Source of the DNA: an uncultured Chloroflexia bacterium
GTDB taxonomy: Bacteria; Chloroflexota; Limnocylindria; Limnocylindrales; CSP1-4
Assembly (NCBI GenBank): GCA_963813225.1
Contig: CAWEYB010000001.1
Span: forward strand, 256,362 to 320,361
Direction: 5' to 3'
DNA: 64,000 nucleotides
Shown: positions 53,325 to 64,000 of the stretch, piece after piece
Layout: the number at the start of each line of letters is the position of its first letter
How positions within the stretch are numbered: position 1 is the stretch's first letter
Translations under genes and position numbers: made by a program
The notes under the pieces: generated by a model
What the model saw: only the letters and a program-made list of their open reading frames with translations
What the model was told of the DNA's origin: nothing
The model's database searches: none

Positions 53325-54031
53325 CAGTCGACCTCGTCGACCAGGATCAGCCGCTCCCGCACGATCGAGGTGACCTCGAGCGGCGCCCCCAGCCGATCAC
53401 CCAGCGCGGCCACGACCTCTTCTGGCCGCCCCGTGCCACGGACAGGGTCGAACCGCGTGCGGGCTCGGACACGGACGGGCGGCCCGGCGTCGACCACCCG
53501 GACATCCGCGAGCAGCGGGCGCAGGTCATAGGTCACGACAGCCGCTCCTCGCGCACGCTCACGCGGGAGGGACGATGCGCCCAGAAGGCCATCACAGGCG
53601 GTCGCCACGGACGCCACATCCGCGACGTCGAACACGATCCGGTAGTCCGCTGCGGCGACCTGCCCGGCAAGGGGTGGTGCGCCGAGCCAGACGTCGTGCA
53701 GATCGACCAACCGCCAGCCGTCGGGCATGCCCCCACCGACGCTCTCGCGGACGACGGACGCAGGTACCAGCTCCGTCAGGAGGATGTCGGCGAGCTCACG
53801 CTCGCCGACCACGCCGAGTGGGAGCGGTGCCCCGAACGCGACCCGGGTTCGCGTTCGATTCGCCGCGCGCGCGACCGGCAGGCCGGTGGCTTCCAAGGCG
53901 CCCTCGAACGCATCGGCCAGCTCACGCCCCGCCAGGGCAGGAGCATCGACGTCCCGCGCGAGCACGAGCCGCCAGCGCTGGCGAGCCGGTGCCGGCGGCG
54001 GATCGATCCTGTCGGATGGCTCGGTCGTCAT
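53324..54031 (-). CDS. DUF2344 (TIGR03936-like) protein
   Basis: Starts at MTTEPSDR. RWRLVLAR...TRVAFGAPLPLGVVGERELADILL. Assigned by pattern only. Confidence 0.5.
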   Translation of the reverse strand: MTTEPSDRIDPPPAPARQRWRLVLARDVDAPALAGRELADAFEGALEATGLPVARAANRTRTRVAFGAPLPLGVVGERELADILLTELVPASVVRESVGGGMPDGWRLVDLHDVWLGAPPLAGQVAAADYRIVFDVADVASVATACDGLLGASSLPRERARGAAVVTYDLRPLLADVRVVDAGPPVRVRARTRFDPVRGTGRPEEVVAALGDRLGAPLEVTSIVRERLILVDEVD

Positions 54032-54104
54032 CGCGGTGCCGGGGTCCACGTCTGATAGTGTGCGGCCATGGACGAGGCCGCGTCGCAGACCGGGCGGGAC
54101 GCCG

Positions 54105-54753
54105 ATGCCTGACCCGAACGACCCGTACAAGACCCTCCAGGTCGACCCCGAGGCCGAGGACGAGGTCATCCAGGCCGCATACCGACGGCTGGCGCGCAAA
54201 TATCACCCCGACCTCGCCGAAACGCCCGAGTCGGCGGCTCGGATGGCCCTGATCAATGCGGCGTGGGAGCTGATCGGAGATCCCGCCGCTCGTCGCGCGT
54301 ACGACCGGCAGCGCGAGACCGGGAGCGCCCGGCCGGCTGCACCGGGCGGCGGCTCGACCACGGGCGCACACCCCGACGCATCGCGGCCAGCCGGATCGCC
54401 GCCCCCGTCCGCTGCCGCCCCGACCGCCCGAGACGGTCTCGCGCGACTGGACGTCGGGCCGCTCGAACCAGGGCAGCGGGTTCGACGAATCGATGCGCGC
54501 GGCGGAGGGCTTCGGCGCGGCCGGTCCGCCTCCGGGACGACCCTCGGGGACGGTGCTCAACTTCGGGCGGTACGCCGGCTGGTCGCTCGGGGAGGTGGCG
54601 CGCCACGACATCGAGTACATCGAATGGCTCGATCGCGCCCCGATCGGGCGCAACTACCGCCAGGAGCTCGACGAGCTCCTGCGCACGAGCGGCCGCCGAC
54701 GGTCGGCCGACGCGGACGACGCCGACCGGCGCGGGCTGTACCGCCGGCGCTAG
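54105..54753 (+). CDS. J-domain protein with a C-terminal DUF3820-like domain; 1-2 frame breaks near 54430
   Basis: DPYKTLQVDPEAEDEVIQAAYRRLARKYHPDL (HPD motif), then in another frame VLNFGRYAGWSLGEVARHDIEYIEWL. Confidence 0.65.
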
Positions 54754-56044
54754 GGCGTCGGCCCGCCGGAGCCGGCTGGGACCGGGGCGGGATCGGGCTC
54801 GGAGGCCAGGCTCGTTGTCGTCGGGTCGACGTGGATCGCCCGGTCCACCACCCGCCCGATCGTCGTGCCCTGGACGAGCAACGTGAACAGGACGACCCCG
54901 AAGGTGATCTCCTGCAGGAGGGCGCGCTGCGGGACGTCGGCCGGCAGCGACAGGGCCATCGCGACGGCCACCGCCCCGCGCAGACCGGCCCAGAACAGGA
55001 CGTGCAGCCAGCCGGTCGGCACGACCTCGGCCATGCCCGGACCGGGCACGAGCCGTGAGGCACCCGCCGAGCAGGACGTAGACCACGATGGCCCGCCCGA
55101 CCAGGATCGCCGCGATCGCCCAGGCGATCGGCCCGATCGAGTCGAGCAGGCGCGCCGGCGGGATGGCCAGCCCGACGAGGAGGAAGACGACCGCGGTCAG
55201 GAGGTAGGCGAAGAACTCCCAGACGGTGTCGATCGCGTCCGACCCGGTCTCGGACATCGCTCGTCCCGGGCCCAGGTTGCCGAGCACGATCGCGGCGGCG
55301 ACCGTCGCGATCACGCCGGACAGACCCAGCTGATCGGCCAGGATGTAGCTCCCGTAGGCCAGCACGACCGAGATCGTCAGCTCGATCAGGTGGTCGTCGA
55401 CGAGCCCGATGACGCGGGTGGCGAGGTAGCCGGTCGCCAGCCCGATCGCGAGGCTGATGCCGATCGTCCCCGCGAAGCCGGACGACCGCCTCGCCGGGTC
55501 CGATCGGGTGCCTGGACAGCGCGACAGGGCGATCGCGAACAGGACGAGCCCGGTGCCGTCGTTGAGCAGGCTTTCACCGTCGACCATGGTCGACAGGGCC
55601 TCGGGCACCCGCAGGCGTTTGAACGTCGCCACCACGGCTGCCGGATCGGTCGCCGAGACCATCGCGCCGACGATGAACGCGAGGTCGAGCCGCAGCCCCG
55701 TGCCGAGGTTCAGCAGCGACCGCCACCACGGCGGCCGACACGAGGACGCCCGGAACGGCCAGCAGGACGAGACCGCGGAACCAGCGCCGCAGCTGGCGGA
55801 TCCGCAGCCGGTACGCGGCCTCGAAGACCAGCCCCGGCAGCAGGACGAGCAGGACGAGCTCGGGCGAGACGTCGACCGTCGGGTAGCCGACCGCGCTGGC
55901 GCCGATGCCGACCAGCAGGCCGGCGACGACGAGCGCGACCGTGTAGGGAACGCGCAGCGGGCGAGCGATGATGGCCACGAACACCGCCAGGCCGAGCAGG
56001 CCGACCAGCAGCTCGACTGCGTGCGGGATCGCCGCCTCGTCCAT
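54750..56044 (-). CDS. nhaP: CPA1-family Na+/H+ antiporter; at least 2 frame breaks
   Basis: MDEAAIPHAVELLVGLLGLAVFVAIIA.., SATDPAAVVATFKRLRVPEALSTMVDGESLLNDGTGLVLF and WAGLRGAVAVAMALSLP in different frames. Confidence 0.8.
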
Positions 56045-56072
56045 CAGGCGGTCAGCGGGGTTCGGCGCGTCC

Positions 56073-57219
56073 TCACCAAGCCGCCCGTGTCTGGCGTATG
56101 TTGATGCTCTGGAGGATGCCGAGGCCGGCGGCCATGCTGACCAGCGACGCTCCGCCGTGGGTCACGAACGGGAGGGGGATCCCGGTGATCGGCATGACCC
56201 CGAGGACCATCCCGACATTGACGATGAGCTGGAACAGGATCATCGCGGCCACACCGCCCGCGAACAGCGTCCCGAACGCGTCGCGCGATCGCCAGCCGGC
56301 GACGAGGACGCGCCACAGCAGCAGCACGAACAGCGTGAACAGGACGATCGCCGCCGATGAACCCCAGCTCCTCGGACAGCGTCGCGAACACGAAGTCGGT
56401 GGCCTGGACCGGGAGCAGGTCGCCCTGCGTCTGGGTGCCGTTGGTCAGACCCTTCCCGAAGAACCCGCCAGACCCGACGGCGATCTGCGCCTGGTGGAGC
56501 TGGAACCCGGCGCCCTGGATGTCCGGGTTGGCATCGAGGAAGGCGGTCAGGCGCGCCTTCTGGTAGTCGCGCAGCAGGTACGTCCACGCGATCGGGACCA
56601 TCGCGATGACGGCCACGGCGAGCGCGGTCAGCCAACGGAGGCTCGCGCCCGACATCCAGAGCATCCCGGCGAGGATGGCGCCGAACACGAGTGACGTTCC
56701 GAGGTCCGGCTGGAGCATGACCAGGAGCAATGGGGGGCCGACCAACAGGCACGCACCGATGATCGGGAACGGTGAGTCGAGGTGTCCCTCGCGCGCCGAG
56801 AGGTAGCTGGCCAGCACGATGATCATCAGGATCTTGGCGATCTCGCTGAACTGGAAGGCGAGCGGGCCGATGGAGATCCAGCGCGCCGACCCACCGACAC
56901 CGTCGCCGATGGCCAGGGTCGCGAGCGAGCAGACGCGAGCTGGATGGCCATAGATCGGCCAGGCCAGGGTCTTGAGCCAGCGATAGTCGAAGGCCGTCGC
57001 GACGATGAACACCACGACGGCGATGGCTGCCCACATCAGGCCGCGGCTGAAGGTCGCGTCGCCGGCCTCGAGGCTGTTCGTGTAGGCCATCACGAGGCCG
57101 ATGGCGACGAGCAGCCCGGCGTACGTCGTGAGCTGCAGGTCGTAGAAGCGCCACGCCGCCCCGACGGACTTGGCGGCCCAATCGCTGACGCGTGCCGGCT
57201 GGGCTCGGATGACGCCCAT
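56073..57219 (-). CDS. rodA: SEDS-family peptidoglycan polymerase RodA; 2-3 frame breaks
   Basis: FQFSEIAKILMII, LQPDLGTSLVF, GLTNGTQTQGDLLPVQATDFVFATLSEELGFIG and PITGIPLPFVTHGGASL. Confidence 0.85.
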
Positions 57220-59129
57220 CAGTTGCTCTGGTAGAAGTTGCCGCGATGCAGCAGGTTCGGCAGACGGTAGTCGTGCTTGATGCCGTAAGTGGAGCTGGAA
57301 GAAGTACTTGACGATCTCGGTGCCCACGTTGCCCTTCGTCCGCGAGTCGTAGGCGAAGGCGAGCACGACCAGCTGCGAATCGCTGTTGTTGAAGGAGCCG
57401 TGCTTCGGATCCTTCGGGACGAAGCCCGACGAACCACGAGTGGAACGGCAGCCGGCCCTTGCTGTCGCGCGTCCCGAACTCGGCCGTGCCCGACTTGCCG
57501 GCGATCTTGATCGGCATGTCCACGAGGTTGTACGTGTGGCGGACGAGGACGACGTTGCGTGCGGCGTTGCGCATGATCCGGAGCACGTTCGGCGAGGCGG
57601 CCATCTTGTGGAGGACCTTCGGCGTGAACGGTCGGACGACCGATCCCGTCCGGCCCGATGATGTCGTGGACGATCTGTGGCTGATAGAGCGTGCCGCCGT
57701 TGGCCAGGGCCGCGTAGGCGTTGATCAGCTGGAGCGGCGTCACGACGTCGTAGCCCTGCCCGATGCCCGGCCTGGTAGACCTCGCCCGGGAAGATCTTCT
57801 CGCCCATCGTGTCCTGCTTCCACTGGTTCGATCGGGACGATCCCCGGGACCTCGTTGGGAAGGTCGACGCCGGTCAGCTGGCCGAAGCCGTACTGCTTCG
57901 CCCAGTAGGCGAGCCGGTCGATGCCGAGCTTGCCGGCCATCTGGAAGAAGAACGTGTCGCTCGAGTGCCCGAAGCCGCAGTAGATCGTGCATGGCCCGAA
58001 GCCGAGATGGTTCCAGTCATAGAACCTGGTCGAGCCGAGAGTCAGGTAATGGACGCGTCTGGACCTTGGTCTTGTCGGTGATCTTGCCGTCGGCGAGGAC
58101 GCCGGTCCCGGTGACGAGCTTGTACGTCGAGCCCGGCGGGAAATGCTCCTGGATCGCGTGGTTGAGCAGCGGCTTGTCGGGGTTGTTCAGCAGCTTCGCG
58201 TAGTCGGCGTTGCTGATCCCCGTGGCGAACTGGTTGTTGTCGTACGTCGGCAGGCTGACCATCGCGAGGACTCTCGCCGGTCTGCGGGTTCATGGCGATG
58301 ACCACGCCGCGCTTGAGACCGGCCGCCTTCATCGCCCAGGTCAGCGCCTTCTGCGCCTGCTGCTGGTCCTTGCGTGTCGATCGTCAGCCTGAGGGAGTCG
58401 CCTGGGACGGCGGGGTGACCGTCTGCAGGACCTGGGTCTGACGTCCCGAGGCGTCCTGTTCGACGCTCTGGCTGCCGTATGTCCCACGGAGCTGGGTCTC
58501 GTAGGTCTGCCTCGACGCCGGCCTTGCCGATCAGGTCGTCGGGCAGATAGCCGAGTGCCTTGAGCGTCTCGAGCTGGCCGCCTGAGATCGGGGCGCTGTA
58601 GCCGAGGATCTGCGACATCAGGGGTCCGTCGGTGTAGTCACGCCTCGCATCGACGTCGACCTCCACGCCCGGCAGGTCGGCGCCGGCCTCGGAGATCAGC
58701 CGGGCGGTCGGGACGTCGACGTCTCCGGCGATCCGGACGAGGTCGAACGTCGATCCTGGATTGCCGTCGATGGTCGCGTTGATGTCTGCCGCGGGCATCC
58801 TGAGCAGGGCAGCCAAGCGGTCCACGACGACGGGGCGCTGCTCGACGGTCATGTCGGACGGACGCAGCTTGACGACGTAGGTCGGGACGTTGGTGACGAG
58901 CGGCCTGCCATTGCGGTCGTAGATCAGGCCGCGCGGCGCCTTGATCGGTTCGAGGACGGTGCGGTTGTGGACGGCCTGGGTGGCGAGATGCCCGCCGTCC
59001 ACCATCTGCAGATAGAACAGGCGCGCCGCCAATCCGCTGATGCCGATGATGGCGATCAGGGCGAACGTCAGGAAGCGCGACAGGCTGCGAACTGGCTTTG
59101 GCCGATCGTCGAGGAACGCGCGTCACCAA
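57219..59129 (-). CDS. mrdA: Penicillin-binding protein 2 (elongation transpeptidase); at least 7 frame breaks as sequenced
   Basis: RGLIYDRNGRPLVTNVP, PPGSTYKLVTG (SxxK region), GQGYDVVTPLQLINAYAALANGG, IAGKSGTAEF (KSG) and the C-terminal YFFQLH..YGIKHDY, all in shifting frames. The TTG/GTG start overlaps the mreD stop. Confidence 0.85.
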
Positions 59130-59624
59130 TCGACCCGTTCGGTCTCGGTCCGGCGATCGTGGATCGAGATCGCGAGAGGCCCGATCAGCGCCGCGAGGAT
59201 CGTGTCGTAGACCACGCCAGGGAGAAGGATCGAGATCGGATCAACGACCGGGATCGGCGAGCGGAGCGCGTTGAACGCGAGGTACAGGATCATCGAATAG
59301 ACCAGGCTCAGGAGGAGTGTCGCCAGGATCGGCACGATCGGCCGGACCCGGATGAGGAAGTGGCCGAGGACCGCGGTGGCACCGACGCAGCAGCAGGAGC
59401 GCGAAGGACGTCGAACCGAGCGGCCGATCGGCGAGTACATCGATGACGAGGCCCCCTACGAAGGCCCAAACGAGTCCCGCCTCCAGACCGATCGCCACGG
59501 TGACGACGATGCCGACGACGAGCACCAGATGCGGTTGCGCCGCTCCGACCCTGAGGTACGGGCCGACGGTCAGTTCCAGCAAGGCCATCACCGTCGCACC
59601 GACCGCGGCGAGCAGCAGCGTCAT
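59123..59624 (-). CDS. mreD: Rod-shape-determining protein MreD; one frame break near 59400
   Basis: MTLLLAAVGATVMALLELTVGPYLRVGAAQPHLVLVVGIVV.., then GHFLIRVRPIVPILATLLLSLVYS. Small polytopic protein located upstream of mrdA-rodA. Confidence 0.7.
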
Positions 59625-59805
59625 CGAGCGGGTCGGTCCTCGGATGATCTGCCTAGATCGCGCCCGCCCGCACGGTCCCTCAGGTGTCGGTCGAACGGCG
59701 GCGACCTTGCCGCGAAGTATCCCACGGACGGACGCATTCGGGGCAACGGAGGGGCGGCCGCCATTGGTCCTGTGCGCCTGGCCCTCGATGGAGGCAGATG
59801 GGCGA

Positions 59806-59821
59806 TGTTTCACGTGAAACG
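59806..59821. other. parS centromere-like site (TGTTTCACGTGAAACG; 15/16 match to the TGTTNCACGTGAAACA consensus)
   Basis: Contains the perfect 12-bp palindrome TTTCACGTGAAA, about 330 bp upstream of parA. Confidence 0.8.
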
Positions 59822-59883
59822 TCGGCGGTCGAGCACCCAGATCGGGCATCAGCCAGGTCGCGAACGGGGCCGTGCCGCGACCC

Positions 59884-59899
59884 TCTTTCACGTGACCGT
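59884..59899. other. Degenerate parS half-site (TCTTTCACGTGACCGT)
   Basis: The left half and core CACGTG are conserved and the right arm has diverged. It shares the flanking cgtcggcggtcg with parS at 59806. Confidence 0.4.
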
Positions 59900-59963
59900 C
59901 GGCGGTCGCGAACCAGATCCACGGATCGGGCGGGGCGGGGACTGGAGTGTGCCGAGACACGGT

Positions 59964-59979
59964 CGTTTCACGTGAAACG
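59964..59979. other. parS centromere-like site (CGTTTCACGTGAAACG; 14/16)
   Basis: Second copy of the TTTCACGTGAAA palindrome. Confidence 0.75.
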
Positions 59980-60092
59980 CATCGAGCCAACGGCCGGTAA
60001 GCGGTCGGTGAAGGATCGGATACGCGCGGCGTAGAGCGCTGCTTGCTACGCTCCGGCACACACGCTCGCGATCGAGGTTCAAGGCCCCGCGA

Positions 60093-60101
60093 TGGTAGAA
60101 T
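60093..60101 (+). promoter_or_regulatory. Extended -10 promoter candidate for parA (TGGTAGAAT)
   Basis: 36 nt upstream of the GTG at 60137. Confidence 0.4.
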
Positions 60102-60136
60102 CAGACGCTGTGAGACTTCTCCGAGCAGGGCGCTGA

Positions 60137-60954
60137 GTGGGGCAGACGATCGCCTGCGCAAATCAAAAGGGCGGCGTCGGCAAGACCACGACGGTCGTGA
60201 ATCTCGGGAGCTATCTCGCCTTGGCGGGCGAGCGAGTCCTCGTCGTCGACCTGGATCCCCAGGGCAACGCAACGAGCGGCTTGGGTCTCGACCGCAACGC
60301 GATCGAGCGATCGGTCTACGACGCGGTCATCGATGGCGCTCCGACTGGTGGACATGATCGTGCCCGGTCCGGTCGACGGGATGGACATCGTCCCGTCCGC
60401 GATCGCCCTGGCAGGAGCCGAAGTCGAGCTTGCACCGCTGGAAGGTCGCGAACATCGACTGGCCCGACTTCTGGCGGACATCGCGACCGACTACGACTAC
60501 ATCCTCGTCGACTGCCCGCCATCGCTCGGGCTACTGACCGTGAACGCACTCACCGCCGCCGATAGCGTCCTCGATCCCGTTGCAATGCGAGTACTACGCC
60601 CTGGAAGGATTGTCCCAACTGCTTGCGACCCTCGACCTCATCCGCGACCACCTCAACCCGGACCTCGCCATCAAGGGCGTCGTGCTGACGATGTACGACG
60701 CGCGGACGAAGCTGTCCGCCGATGTCGCCAGCCGAGGTTCGTCGCCACCTCGGGGACCGCGTCTACGAGACGATCATCCCTCGGAACGTCCGACTGTCCG
60801 AGGCGCCGAGTCACGGCAAACCGATCTCGAGCTACTCACCCGACTCGACGGGTGCCGCTGCGTATGCCGCCCTTGCCCAGGAGCTGAGGACCCGTGACGG
60901 GCGGATCGAGCCGCCCGCAGCGGGCGAGGAGCCGATGATGGCGTGGCGTCGTGA
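60137..60954 (+). CDS. parA: Chromosome partitioning ATPase ParA/Soj; about 4 frame breaks
   Basis: [70 protein letters not shown] and [17 protein letters not shown] across frames. The predicted stop forms a GTGA overlap with the parB start. Confidence 0.9.
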
Positions 60955-61814
60955 CCGTTCGACCGGAGCGATCCCAGGGCCTGGGTCGTGGTCTCGCATC
61001 GCTCATCCCGCAGCGCAGCCCCGGACAAGGCGGGACCATCGAGATCTCGATCGAGCGCGTCCGCCCGAACCCGCATCAGCCCCGCAAGCGCTTCGACGAG
61101 GCAGGCCTGGCCTCCCTGACCGCAGAGCATCACGGAGCACGGCGTCCTCCAGCCGATCCTGGTCACCGAGACCGTCGACGGTTACCAGCTTGTGGCCGGC
61201 GAGCGCCGCCTCAGAGCCGCGCAGGCTGCCGGCCTCGAACGCATCCCGGCGGTCGTTCGCCAACTGGCCGATCGCGACCAGCTCGAGCTCGCGCTGGTCG
61301 AGAACCTCCAGCGCGAGGATCTCGATCCGCTCGAGACGGCCGAGGCCTATCGGCAGCTCATCGACGACTTCGGCTTCAGCCAGGACGATGTCGCGAGCCG
61401 GGTCGGTCGCGCTCGATCGACCGTGGCGAACACGCTTCGTCTTCTCGACCTGGCACCCGGTGTCCAGGCGGCGGTCGCGCGATGGGCGGCTGACCGAGGG
61501 TCACGGCCGAGCGCTCGGCGGCCTCGCCCCGGAGCTCCAGGATCGAGTCCTCGATTCGGTCATCGGCCAGGAGCTCTCCGTCCGCCAGACCGAGGAGCTC
61601 GTCCGCCGTCTCCGCGAGCCCAAGCCGGAGCCGCCGGGCCGGTCGCGCGGACCCGTGGATCGCCGACCTCGAGCGTGTCGAGGAAGACCTGCGCCAGGCG
61701 CTGGGAACCAAGGTCAGCCTGGCCCGGTCGCGACGTGGGCGGCCGGATCGTCATCGAGTACTACAGCGACGAAGAGCTCGGGCGTCTCTACGAGCGCCTG
61801 ACCGGAGGAACCGC

Positions 61815-61818
<4 letters not shown>
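60951..61818 (+). CDS. parB: Chromosome partitioning protein ParB/Spo0J; about 4 frame breaks
   Basis: [65 protein letters not shown] and the [26 protein letters not shown]. Confidence 0.9.
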
Positions 61819-63777
<1,959 letters not shown>

Positions 63778-63811
63778 GGCGACGCGAACCGCGTCGTCGT
63801 CCTCGTCCTTG

Positions 63812-64000
63812 GTGACGGAGAACAGGCCCGCGATCGAGACGCCGACCGGGCGCTTCGAGTTCGCCGAGCACAACTGCTTCGCGTGCGGGACGCTCAACGC
63901 CGGCGGGCTGGGACTCGAGCTCCATGTCGAACCGGGGCGATCGTGGTGCGACGTGACGCTGGACCGCCGGTTCGAGGGCTGGGAGCAGCTCGTCCACGGC
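63812..64000 (+). CDS. N-terminal part of a PaaI/hotdog-fold thioesterase-like protein; runs off the window
   Basis: GTG 63812, in frame to the window end. VTENRPAIETPTGRFEFAEHNCFACGTLNAGGLGLELHV.. resembles the CF.CG..NP.GL motif of PaaI-type proteins. Confidence 0.4.
   Translation, partial: MTENRPAIETPTGRFEFAEHNCFACGTLNAGGLGLELHVEPGRSWCDVTLDRRFEGWEQLVHG

Noticed and set aside
51540-53531. 663-aa plus-strand ORF across rpmE, rpmA, rplU and the DUF385 gene
   Set aside because: It is antisense to unmistakable ribosomal protein genes and has a low-complexity Ala/Arg/Ser/Pro composition.
60020-60100. tRNA-like fragments (gtagagcgc..., ggttcaaggcccc)
   Set aside because: No complementary acceptor stem, no complete D-arm, no 7-nt anticodon loop and an imperfect T-stem. 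It does not fold as a cloverleaf.
59625-60136. Possible oriC in the 510-bp gene-free region next to parS, parA and gyrB
   Set aside because: There is no cluster of TTATCCACA-like DnaA boxes (only weak single resemblances such as gtatcccac and gatccacgg), no AT-rich unwinding element and no nearby dnaA.

Overview
High-GC (about 70%) chromosomal segment from a monoderm-type bacterium (Actinobacteria/Chloroflexi/Firmicutes-like gene order). The phylum cannot be fixed from the sequence alone. No rRNA, tRNA, CRISPR array, transposase or integrase was found.

Layout:
- 1-12086: CDP-deoxyhexose genes (rfbH-like, rfbG, a C-methyltransferase-like gene, rfbF) next to seven polytopic, GT-C-like membrane glycosyltransferase candidates.
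- 8837-23605, all on the + strand: two ArnT/PMT-like enzymes are translationally coupled to a soluble DegS-like histidine kinase, a LuxR-type regulator, a degenerate kinase paralog and a Flp-like peptide. Next come three tandem, near-identical Flp pilin cassettes, each with its own terminator. Then a secretin-less Tad machine (cpaB, REC-cpaE, cpaF, tadB, tadC), a DUF192 gene and comFC.
- 23723-27975: hpf, nfo, another PMT-like glycosyltransferase and an XRE regulator.
- 28287-54031, minus strand: the conserved block rplU-rpmA-rpmE-DUF1385-prfA-prmC-HAD-tsaC-glyA-wecA-atpZBEFHAGDC-murA-mreB-PHP. Two surface-protein genes (a repeat adhesin of about 934 aa and a PKD protein) lie between wecA and the atp promoter.
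- 54105-64000: J-domain protein, nhaP, rodA-mrdA-mreD, a parS cluster, then parA-parB-gyrB.

Major caveat: roughly 70 or more reading-frame breaks interrupt about 35 genes, including essential single-copy ones. The conserved protein sequence simply continues in another frame at each break. I read these as indel-type sequence errors rather than real pseudogenes, but this is unproven. Gene extents below are therefore reconstructed across frames.

The most interesting candidate is the glycosyltransferase / two-component system / Flp / Tad / ComFC supra-operon.
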